64,000 bases of DNA from Paraspadella gotoi. Taxonomy: Eukaryota > Animalia > Chaetognatha. The stretch spans positions 4,339,947-4,403,946 of the forward strand of contig CM119263.1 of the NCBI GenBank assembly GCA_051294375.1. The letters are read 5' to 3'. The first letter of the stretch is position 1; each line of letters opens with the position of its first letter. Positions 26,142-38,070 of this stretch are shown piece by piece. Below the pieces are notes generated by a model, which was given only the letters and a program-made list of their open reading frames with translations, had not been told where the DNA came from and made no database searches. The position numbers were made by a program, and so were the translations under genes.

Positions 26142-27489
26142 GAATGAAGACCAAAAGTGGTTGACGGCAGTCGCGGACGAAGAACTGGAAAGACGATTTT
26201 GGAAAGAATGGCCGAAAACGCGCTGCCGGAGGATCCGTCGATACGCCAAATATGATTCGAAGGATTGGAGTCGCATTTAAAGACATTTGAAAAGTCGCCC
26301 ATTGTTTTGTTTTGTTGTTAAGTCGCGTGCGCGAAGTAATCTTGACCAGGAAACTAAAAAGGGAAACATTAATTAGAAATAAGCGAGGGAAGGGCCACGT
26401 CAAATTTGTGACGAGGTCGAAAACTAGATACCAAATAAAGCATTAACGAAAATAAAAAACAAAAAAAGAACTTACCTTTAAAAATTAACGACGGTAAATA
26501 GGATAAACGAGATCAACAAAAGTTTTAAGAGCGAAAATGAAAGTAAAACATATTGATCGAGAGAAAAGATAAAGTCCTATAGGATAGGCTAGTATTAAAA
26601 TAGGAAAGCATACTAGCTAGATGCGGATTACTTATTAAATTTAATTTCAACCGTATTCGAAATAACATTAATTTTTGCTCATAACAAAAAAAAAAAAAAA
26701 AAAAAAAAGAAAAGAAAAAAAGAACATTATCTAAACAAACTAATTCTTGCAGTGCAAGAAAGGGGGAGAGAAATTCAGCGTAGTTTCGTCCGTCTCGAAT
26801 GCACGCATGCAAATGCCCGCACACGCACGTAACACGCAGTACACAGCCAAAACTCGTTCCAGACAAGATGAAGACGGAGACAACGAAAGACGGTACGGCA
26901 AAGCGTCAAGCAAAGCAAAGCGTAAAAGCAGAGCAGAACGTCATCAGCAAGCAGAACTAGGACGTCATCGAACAGAACAACAGCGTGCATCGAGCAGAGC
27001 ATCATTCGCGGCGTCAGTCCGTAGCGCGTCGTCGGGCGCCGTGCGTGGAAAGAGAGACGAAACAAGGCCAGCCAAAGATTGTTGCACACTCCGTCGTCAT
27101 GGGCGTCAAGAACTGTTGCTGACCCCATCAAGGGCCAATCAAAGACGTTCTAGTTCGTCGTCAAAGGACGTTGCAACGGGTCGTCAAGGTTGTGTCAACC
27201 CAAGATGCCAGCAGAATCCGGTCAAAGAAAGCAGAACGTTCACTCGCGGGAGAATGGGCAACCGTTACGGGGGGAGCTCGTGCCATGGAGACGACGAAAG
27301 CCGGGCGCGGACTTGGGATACGGGGAAATATACTTTGGGGATATGGGGGAAATGAACTTTGGGGAAAGGGGCAGTACGTCAAAGGAAAATACATTACTTC
27401 TTCAAATTGCAATGGGCGAAGATTTGATTTGTTTCTTGTAGCGACTATTAGTAGTTTAATTGTTTTTGGTCGAAGGGTCGACGGGGGAG

Positions 27490-27903
27490 TGTAAAGAATA
27501 GTCGTACGTTTATGAATAGCTGTATTGCACTGCATAGGTCGTATAGCGCTGCTTACGGCGTCGTCGATAATTTGTTATTTGAGTTAGCCTAGTTACTGAA
27601 ACCTTCACTACCGTTTTGAGGCGCCGTAAGACGATTCGAGCGTTACCGAGTTTTTGAAACCGATTATTTTGAGAAAAACTGTAAAAATCCCTAACTGCCC
27701 AAAATGTAAGATGAAATTGTAAAATGTAATTCGACATTGTATTTGATAAATAATAATTTCTGCAGATTTGAACACTTCGCTTCTGCCGTCACTTCACATC
27801 CTACCAATAAAACTACTCTCGTTGAAACTCAACGGGCATTTAACATTTAGACAGATATTTTTTGATTAGGCTTTTTGTAGTGGAAATTTCGATTTCAAAT
27901 AAT
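27490..27903 (+). repeat. 3' LTR, copy 3
   Basis: Matches 7679-8092. Confidence 0.85.
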
Positions 27904-28022
27904 TCTCGCGTTCATCTTCGTGCGGCCGGTCCTGTCCAATTTCAATATATGTATTTCTCATCTCTCTCTTCTCGTCTCTCTCTCATCTCTCTCTCGTCTC
28001 GTCTCTCTCTCTCCTTCTCTCA

Positions 28023-28065
<43 letters not shown>

Positions 28066-28901
28066 ATCATCTCTCTCTCTCTCTGACTTCAGAAAATGTG
28101 GTTTTGTTTCCATACTCGCCTTCATTCTCGAATGACAATCGAAAATATTCATTTTGACTTTCGTCATTATCTTTTTTTATTAACAATACAATTTTTTTTG
28201 TATATTGGCAGGAAAGCAGAGCTTCTCCTCGTTTGCTTGGTCAGAGGGAAGCTAATTTTTTTCTCGTTTATCCAACTAATAACGAAACTTTTTTTAAACT
28301 TAATCTGCATACATTTTTTTAAAAAAAATGTTCATTATTTACCAGTCAAAAAATAATTTTCTTCTCCTTCGTTAATCAACTTTTAGTTTTTGGCTCTCGT
28401 ATCCTTTGGCTTGAAAAACAGCGTCAACACACCGATCCTCTCTCTCCTCTCTCTCTCTCTGCCTCGTCTCTCTCTCTCTCATCTCTCTCTCTCTCCTTCT
28501 CTCTCTCTCTCATCTCTCTCTCTCTCTCGTGTCTCTCTCTCTCTCTCTCTTTCCTCTCTGNNNNNNNNNNNNNNNNNNNNNNNNNCTCTCTCTCTCTCTC
28601 TCTTTCTCTCTCCCACTCTCACTCATATTCAAAAGACATTCGAACAGTTGTCACTTTTTCTCTCTCGATTTTAATGTCACACGTATGACGTCGCACATTC
28701 CGTTCGGACGCGATGCCAAGCCTCGTTCATCATTGAAGTAAAAAAGAAAAAAAAAAGTTTGCTTCTTGACGTCGAGTTGTCGAGGTTGACAGAATCCTTT
28801 TATGAAATCGTTTTCCAAGCCAGGAGTGTTATCACTTTTTTGACACATTGGAAAAGAGAATTTCTTTTTAATCAAGTTTATGAGGGAGTTAATTATTGAA
28901 G

Positions 28902-29303
28902 GAATGATTGAATGAATGAAATGAATAAATGAATAGATGAATCAATGAAAAAAAGAATGAATCAATGAATCAATAAATGAAGAAAAAAATGAATAAATGA
29001 AGAAATGAATGAATGAATGAATGAATGAATGAATGAATGAATGAATGAAGAAAAGAAAGAATGAATGAATGAATGAATAAAGGAATTAATCAATGATGAA
29101 ATGAATGAATAAATGAATGATTAAATGAATGAATGAATGAATTAATGAATGAATGAATGAATGAATAAATAATGAATGAATAGATGGATGGATGGACGAA
29201 TGAAATAATGAATGAATGAATTTAATGAATGAATGAATTTAATGAATGAATGGATTAATGAATGAATGAATGAATGAATTTAATGAATGAATGAATGAAT
29301 GAA
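28902..29303 (+). repeat. Imperfect (GAAT)n microsatellite (copy 3 counterpart)
   Basis: Same tract as 9128-9527. Confidence 0.97.
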
Positions 29304-29646
29304 GGAATGTACGATCAACGATCACCCATCTCTGATCCCTGATCTCTTCATCCCCGATCCCCGCTCAAAACAACTCAAAATATGGCCAACAAAAGGTCAT
29401 TGATACCCAAATTGATCCCAGAGTTGATCCCCGACTTGACCTACGAGAATTCACTAAAGCCATCCCCAGTTGAAACTCCAGTTTTTCGAGTTTGAACTCG
29501 ATTAGTTTTTTTTCCCTTTTTTTTCCCTCTTTTTTTGTTCTACTTTTTCTTTTTCTTCTTTTTTTTCTTATTTTTATATCAAATATTGTTGCCTTTTTTT
29601 CGGGTTACCGAAAAGATGTTTCTCGACTGGTAATGAGAAAAATATT

Positions 29647-29752
<106 letters not shown>

Positions 29753-30264
29753 ATCCCTAGTTCTATTTTTTTTAACACAGGAAATTCACGGTTTTTTTAG
29801 TTCGTTAGTGGGGAGTAATTAGCGTAGAAATCAAGAGGTACGACGCTTTTAACTACGTTAAATGTTCAGTATTAAAAAGCGAAATTAAATTTGTGCCTAA
29901 AAATAGAATTTTTTTTGGGGGGGGGTTTAGTCGATAATCGTAAATTCATTAATCAGTAGCGCTTAAAATTTCGGACGATTAAAATTTAAAAGAAACCCTC
30001 AACTTTCCTTATCGCTCTCTAATCTCTATCTATCCCTCTCCGTCTCTCTCTATCTCTTCATATATTTCTCCTTTTTCTCACCCCGCACCCTCTTCTACCG
30101 CCCAAGCCACACCACCCTCAACACCCCTTAACTCGACTATGATTTACATGCTGTTAAAATGCTTTGCTTGTCTCCTCTGATTAGTATTCAATCGCTGACG
30201 ATCGGAGAAAAAAAAACCGCAGTCGCTCCCGCCGCCGCGGCTGCTGTGAGGTAGAGGGTGAGAG

Positions 30265-30338
<74 letters not shown>

Positions 30339-31938
30339 CCATGTGGGAAACCGACTTTAAGACGCCATAAAGTGTCACACGTTTCTTCACCTTTAGTTTC
30401 GCTTTTTTTTCTCATCTACGTCGATGCTAACGTTTTTAGCCTCTCAAAAAATTATCGAGTTAATTTTAAAAAATGGGAAAGTTAATTTCGTTAGTATTAA
30501 CGACATCTACTTAACAGGGAAAGTATCGACTCGTTAACAGATTAAGATTCTTTTAGCTAACAACACTTTCACAATATTTTTTTTTTCAAACGGTTTTTTT
30601 AAAAATTTGATGTACGGTACGGTAATTAAATGACAGAATGTGCGAATTTAATTATTTCTACTTTTAAAATTTGGTGGTAATTGTTCGAAAACTCATCTTG
30701 AGCTTAAAATTAACTGGATGAACTAAATGAGATTCATTATTATCAAATATTTTTTCAGAAAAATATATTAAAATAAATTTCTCATTTGTTTTCAATAACT
30801 TTGCTTTTCATCCGTTAAAATAAAAGAAGAAAAGCCAAAAAAAAAGAAGAAAAAAACTGTAAGGAAGAAAGAAGTGGAGTCATAAAGTGGAATCGAGTCG
30901 GAGGCAATAAAAGTCCTCGAGTGCGTAAACTGGAAAAATGATAAAGAAATGATTAAACTCTCCCGGGGGCTGCGGCAGCGGCGGCGGCGGCGGCAGCGGC
31001 AGCGGCGGCGAAGGCGTCGGGCCGCATTGACGGCGGCAGCGGCGGTTGCGGCGACGGTCGCTGCAGGGGCGTCAGCCGCGACCCGATGGAAAGTTGTAGA
31101 GTTGACGAAGGAAGTCGGCGTTTGGTGGCGTTTGAGTCAGCGTCGACAGGCAGCGTCGGGCGGTGTCGGGCGGCATCTGGCGTCGCCGGGCGGCATTGGT
31201 AACGGCGTCGGGCGGCGTCGGGCGGCGTCGGTGTCGGCGTCGGGCGGCATTGTTCCTACCCGAAGCGAAAAGCGCGCCCCCAAGCGGGACGCGAGCCGAA
31301 AGGAAGGAAACGGGAACGGTTCGGGACGCCGCAACGGAAGGGGAACGCCGGGAGCGCCGGGAACGCCGCAAGGGGAAGGGAACGCCGGATGCCGACGTTT
31401 TGAACGCGCCCGGTCACGTGACTCAACTCACTCTTTTCGTTTCACTCTTTCCTCCTTTCCTTCCTTTCCTCCTTTTCTCTTTTCCTCTTTTCCTCCTTTC
31501 CTCCCTTTCCCATTCTCTCTTAATTCTTCTCCCAATCCATCTTTGTTCTTCCCTTCCTCTTCCCTCCTCTTTCTATCTCCTCCCTTCTATCCTCTCTATT
31601 CCTTCCCTTTTCCCTCTCATTCTCCTTCTCTTTCTCCCTCTTTTTCTCTCTCTCCTTCACCCTCTCCTTCTCCTTCTCTTCCTCCCTCTCTTCCTCCCTC
31701 TCTTCCTCCCCCTCTTCCTCTCCTCCCTCCACCCTCAGCTCTCTCTAGTTTTCGCTCCGGTTTTAATTCGATTTTTTCTTCGTCGAAAATTTTTTTTTTC
31801 TGTTTATTTATTTTAATAACGCGTCGACGGTTTCCGGGCGACGGAGCGTTGGTTGCCACGGTTGCCACGGTTGCCAGTATGCGAGACCGGAGGACGCTAA
31901 CGATGCGCCATCGTTGGCGTTGGCGATGGCGACGAAAA

Positions 31939-31970
<32 letters not shown>

Positions 31971-33273
31971 CACGAACGAACGGCGACGACGAACGAACGG
32001 ACCGACGACGACGGGACAGATGACGAGGACGACTGACGACCGGACTCTGGGGGGAATTTAAATCGCAACCTTTTCGGGAAGGGGGAGAAGGGGGGGCGGG
32101 GGGGGGTTGAATGCAAAACCAGCGGGTTTGAATTTTGCAGGCGGCGTAATTTTTCTCCTCCATTATCCGGATATACACTTAATCTTAAAAATTGTACCTA
32201 TTTTTCTAAACTGTTTATGCCTTAAACCGCCTAAGTCTGAACCCTAAACCCTAACCTTTACATATCCCGCTAATTCATCCTTACCTAACTCTAATTCTTC
32301 AACCCAAATGCCCGAACGTGATTGCTTAACGCCTAGATCACTAAATGCTTATCCCTAAAGCTTAAGGAATGAACCAATCTTTAGACGCCGAATCCCTAAC
32401 TTATGCGAGATGAAAAAAAGTGAGATACCGAGGTTATACGATGAAATTGGGCGTTCGTGTGAAAATAATAACTGCAATAACGAAATGAGGTATTCAACTG
32501 GATGTTTCAACAGTTTTCGGGATTAAATCGAAGACAATGAGTTTGTTGATGGTAGTAAAAGTACTCGATTGATATTTGATGTAATGGATTGATGTAGAAT
32601 AAGCTTTCGCGAAAAAACATCGGACTAAACGAAGTTTTTGAAATATTCATTTCGACGCATAAATTTTCGTTTCAATTTCCCTGTCTCCAGTGTTTGTTTT
32701 TTTGGTTGTTTTTCTTTGTTAAATTTATTTTTTAAAAATTTTGGGTTAAGTAATGTTTAATTGTTTCTTACTTTTTTTAAGGAAATATTGGATAATTTTT
32801 TTTTTATCTTATCTTCTTTTCTTGTTGTGTTTTTTTGTTTTTTTAGGGCCTCAGACATGAATGGGCGATTTACTTGTAATGGCAACACAAAAAAAGTCTG
32901 TTCGGTCGCCCATTCGGAGGCGAGTTCGGTGACTAAAGAATTATACTTGTGTTTTATTATAGATTGCTTAATTGCGGATCCATGTCCCCCCCGCGACGCC
33001 ATCCGTTCAAGAACCGTCAGCCATCCGCGTCAATACGATTCCATTCAGAAGATGAATTACGACTGAGGAAATGTTCCAAAACTTCCTTACAAATAACTAT
33101 TAGAAACTCTTTTACAAATAGTAAACCATAGAAAGAAATTGGTATTCGTGATATTTTGAGTTTCGGAAGTTTAAACTTTTCACTTGTACTGAGCTTACAC
33201 GTTTGTAAAATAGAGTATAATGCAATTTTAGTTTTTCCTCTTACTTTGACATCAAGAAATCCCATTATGTACA

Positions 33274-33935
33274 TAGAGTGGAGCAGCTCAAACAAAAAAA
33301 TTTATTTGAATGATCGACAATGATATTATAGAATGTTTGAGATAGTAATGATAAGTAGTACAAAATATTTGTTCATATTATCTTGGAACAGAATGTAAAA
33401 TATAATATATGTTTGTAGTAAATATCTAGAAAGAGTAAGATTTGTAAAAATAATTTATTTTATAAACATTGTTAATTAAAGATCAGATTCTTCTAAAAAG
33501 TTGAATCAAAAATATAAAAATGTTATCCAACATTTTTGTCATCTTCAATGTTAAATAAAAAAAAGTCGAAAATTTTTACTTTTTTATTCTCTGTAAGGGA
33601 AACTTATATATGTTAAGGGACGCTTTTTTAGAGGCATTTTTTGTGATCTAAACATTAAAATAATCATATAACATATTTTTATAAAAGTTTCTTAGTTTTT
33701 TACGGGCGAATCCAAATCAGTTCTTAAAGAAAGCTAAAATAAGATTATTTTGAAATTTATGACGATTTTATAAGGGATATTCACTTACATAAATAATTGA
33801 ATTTGCTATACTGTTATGGCGCTAAACAAAATTTTTAAAAGAAGGATTTTAAAATATCATGTAATTATATTGTCCATGGACAGCGAAAAAAATAATGTTC
33901 AATTCACTCAATCTTTTCATCACTGTCCACCGCTA
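33274..33935. mobile_element. Non-autonomous TIR element (MITE, possibly hAT-like) present in copy A only
   Basis: A ~660 bp AT-rich insert that is absent at the matching site in copy B (~44017). Left end TAGAGTGGAGCAG versus right end CTGTCCACCGCTA (reverse complement TAGCGGTGGACAG). ATGTA-containing sequence lies on both flanks. Confidence 0.7.
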
Positions 33936-35186
33936 ATGTAATGGCATAGAGGATTCATGTGTTTGCTATTAAAAAATAAAATTTTATCTTATATTTTTTG
34001 ACCGCTGTGTCGCTGGAGTCATGAAATCCGAATACGGGACACCCCACTCCATCTCTTCTCTCTCTCTCTCTCTCTCTTCTCTCTCTTCTCTCTTTCTCTC
34101 TCTCTCCATCTCTCTCTTCTCTCTCGTCTCTCGCGTGTTCCGTTCTCTCTTTCTCTTTCTCTCTCTTTCATCTTCCACGTCGTTGCAACGGACCGGGCCG
34201 GCCGCTCCGCCGCCAGCCTGCCAGCCGCCGCCTTCGGCTGTTGTGGGTATTCTGCTCTTATCAAAGTGGAGTCAAGCCTGCGGCGTCCCGGACCCAAAGC
34301 GGCGCGGTCTTGTCCCCCCAGTGGCGGCGGCACGCCTCGTTGGGCTGTCAGAGTTTTTCTGCGCCGCATGAAAATGGAAACGCGAGAGAGAGGACAACAA
34401 GTTCTTGGCTGGAGCCACGCCAGCTCTCGGTGAATTTGTCGCCAGTGGAGGACAGAGGTCAATCGTGATGGAATCCGGTTGAAGAGCGTTCGCAATAGCC
34501 GGAGGAGGGATCACGCCTTGGGCGGGAGGGGGGTTGTATACCGATTATGTGCACAAGTGAAACTGTCGAGAAGATTCACTCTTTAAGCGGGTCCGTGTTG
34601 CATTTTTTTGTGACCGTCAATCTGAATGGGTTGAGAGTTAAACTCTTTAACAGGGGGAAAGGGTTGCAACGTTTCGGGTATACACAATGTTGAAAGTGTT
34701 GAGAGTTCACTCTTAAGCGGGGGTGTTGTCAGACAAATCTGAATCTGTATATTACCTTAAGCGAATCTCTCTCTCTGTCTCTCTTCTGGTTTTCTAACAT
34801 GTCAACAAAAGGCCGTTGCAAGGGATGGGGGATGGTTGCATACAATTCGAAGACTTTCCTGCATGCCAATAAGAGTCAGGAGACAGAAATTATTAGCATC
34901 TGACATTGGCCATTATTTCTGTATTTACTCGTTAATATGAACGATAAACAAACCAAAAAAAAAAACAATGCATAGTCTTTGCAAATTTAAAGACAAACTG
35001 GCCCCTTAATTATTCTTGCTCTTCTCTTTTCACTTCTTATGCTTTTTCACTTAATATATTCGTTCATATTCTTATTTTTCTCCTCAAGACATTTTTCGAA
35101 ATATAAATATTGTAAATAAAAAAATTTTTTTTCAAAACGGTTGACAGGCAGAGAGAGAGAGGGAGAGAGAGAGAGAAGAGAGAGAG

Positions 35187-35218
<32 letters not shown>

Positions 35219-37469
35219 TAGAGAGAAAGAAAAAAAAGCAAGAAAGTACGCTAAGGCGGAATTCTTCAGGCAAGTTCAGTCGCTAAAACCGGCTCTCATG
35301 AATATTTATATATTTTCATGAGTTGCGAATCATTTTTAATTCAATGGCGTCGAATGTGAGAGGAAGACTTTGGAAATTCGAACGAAGTGAGAGTGAGAGA
35401 GCGCGGATGAGTTAGGGTAAGAGAGCGGAATGAGAGAGCCCGTGCGCGCTAAATCTTTGTGGAGGAGGATAGATCTTGCGGCGAGAGGAACATAGAGAGA
35501 AGATATAGCGAGGTAAAAATTAAGGGCAACAAAGATGATAAAAGAGGCGGGGAAGAAACTCTATTTGGATAAAAAAAAAAGGAGAAGGCATGAGTGCGAC
35601 AAAAACGTATCAGCGAGACGATGGGGAAGACGCGCGATAAGATCGAGAGAGAGAAGCCGAGAGAGCGAGAGGAGGAGAAGAGAGCCGAGAGAGGAGAGAG
35701 GAAGAGGAGAGAGAGAGAGAGGAGCAGGTGAAGAGAATAGAGAGAGGAGAAGAGAGATGTGTTTCGGCGAAGGATTTTTCCTAAGGCGGTTCGGCATGTG
35801 TCTGGCCGGTTGGTGTCGTCTGATTTAGTCAAAACGGCGCCTTGAATTAAAGGAAATGTCGCTGAATTTAATAAAAAAGGCGCCTGATTGATTATTATCA
35901 GGCTTCAATTGACTGAAATTAAACTGTTGAAGGACAACGAGACGAGAGAAAGAGAAAAACTATCCTGTTTGAGTGATGGAATAGAGAAAAGACTGCCGAA
36001 GCTCATACGCAGGCATTCGCCAGTTGCGCTCACGTTGAACCAGGAAGAACAAAAGAACAAAAGATAGAGAACCAGAAATACGACGCAAGAAGGCGCTGGA
36101 GTCTCTCGTATGCTTTGGTTTTGTTCTTTTGACAGGCGAAGCATACACCTTTCGCCTGTTTTGATTGAGGAGAGAGAGAAGAAGAGAAGAGAGAGAGAGA
36201 GAAAGAGAGTAGTAGAGATGAAAGAGATGATGGAGAGGAGAGAGAGTCCCCTAAACCTGGATCAGATGGGTGCTCTCAGGTTCCGATAAGTGAGGTTTTT
36301 GGCCAGGCGGAGGGCGTGGTTCCTGATAACAGTTTTTTAAATCTAGCATCATAGGTCATAGCCAATGAAATTTAAATGCTAATGTATGACAGCGTTAAAA
36401 TATCTATCATGACATTAAAATAAATTAGGTTATAAACATCAACGCCTCGGGCATTTAACTCACACTTGGCCTTGGCTTCGTCCCCTGTCCTCTTCGTCTC
36501 TCCCTGTTCATATTTTGCTTACCCCAATCAACAAACCCTTACAACCGTTTATCGGGTTCAACGGCTGCCTTTTTTTTAAAATTATTTTTTTATTTAAAAT
36601 TTTTAATATTTTAAAATTTTTTTTTAGCTAAGCGGAGCGCGCGTCCGGTTTTAAAATTTGAATTTAATAAGGTTCGTCATTTCCGCAGATTTGGGAGAGG
36701 GAAGGGGAGGGAAGGAAGAGAGGAGGGAGGAGAGAGGAGTGGAAGAGAAGGAAGAGGAGGAGAGGAGAGGGGAGGAAGGTGAGGCGAGCGAAGTAGGAGG
36801 GGGTAGAGGAGAGGAGGGAGTGGAAGCAGGAAGAGGAGGGAGACAAGGAGGAGAGGGAGAAGGGAGGGAGGAGAGGAGGGGGAGAGGAGAGAGGGAGTGG
36901 ATAGCAGGAAGGAGGAGGAGAGGAGGAGGGGGAGGGAAGGAGGATGAGGGAGAATAATAGTTAATGAGACGATGAGTTAATGAGGACGATGAAGTTTGGA
37001 ACGGGAAAGTATGAATTCCAGAATGTGTAAATGAGAAGAATGAGTAAATAAAATTATATGTAAATGAGATATTGTAAATATTAGGTTTGGTAATGAAAGG
37101 ATGTATAAAATAAGAAAGATATGTAATTAAAGGATCTATACTATACGATAGGAGTAGTGTAAATTAAAAGGAGTAATGAGAGGGAAGGGTGCCTGGAGCT
37201 AAGCGGTTACATTAGAGCCGGAGCGAGAGCGGCGACGAAGATTATTTATTCCTGCGGGTTTATAAGTAAGATATGAAATAATAATAAATAAAAAAATTAT
37301 CGCTGCGCTCGTGGCAAAAGGGAAATAAATCTCCAACGCGGCGAAGGGGGAGGTTGAGAGAGATCACAAGTCCGATTAGAGAGTCGTATGTGCGAGGTGA
37401 GCGTAGCTGAGCGCTGGGATCGTGCGAAAGCCAGGAAATAGCGAGACGAAGAACGAGTCTCAACGACGA

Positions 37470-38070
37470 CTACCCATAAAAGCAAATGGCGAAAGAGGTC
37501 AATGGCGGAATGGCGCTAAGAGACGAATGGCGAAGGAGGGATACGCCTGGCGAATGGCGGTATGAAAGAAGCGCAATGCGCGAAAGAGCAACTGACGAAT
37601 TCCCTGCTGAGAAAAGCGCAGTGGCACAAGGAGCGGCAACGCGCCCGGTCCGAGCGGCGAATGCGTGAAAGCCAGTGGCGCAAGAGTCCAGCCACAGCGA
37701 TACCAGGACATAAAGGCCAATGGCAAAAGGCAACAAAGCAAACGGGTGAGAGCCAAGGCGAAGAGGCGATGACGACAACTACTAAGCCAGGGCGAATGGT
37801 GTAAAGCCAGTGGCGAAGAGTCAACGGATGAGGCGAATGGCAATAAAGCAATGGCAAGGAGCGCAATGGAAAACGCTTGAATGCAATGGGAAAGAGGCGC
37901 AATGGCAAATGGGGAACAGCCTAAAGCCAATGGCGCAAGAGACAACAGTGAAGTGAACTAATGCTAATGGCAAGAGGAAATGGCGAATGGCTTATGCCGA
38001 TGGCGAAAAGGTACCCAAACGGCCAAAGGACGAAAACATGCCAATCACAAGCGAAGAAGCGAGCTGGCAA
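37470..38070 (+). repeat. 35-bp minisatellite (copy A)
   Basis: Very noisy version of 53345-53895. Confidence 0.8.

Larger units (their letters stand above)
21094..27903 (+). mobile_element. BEL/Pao LTR retrotransposon (copy 3)
   Basis: Same sequence as 1283-8092 at offset +19811. Confidence 0.9.

Noticed and set aside
1283-27903. Head-to-tail LTR retrotransposon array formed by LTR-LTR recombination
   Set aside because: The copies do not share LTRs; each carries both host flanks and the same TSD.
30949-32061. 370-aa ORF, the longest in the window
   Set aside because: It is read-through of (CGG)n, CT-rich and (CGA)n low-complexity tracts with no domain signal.
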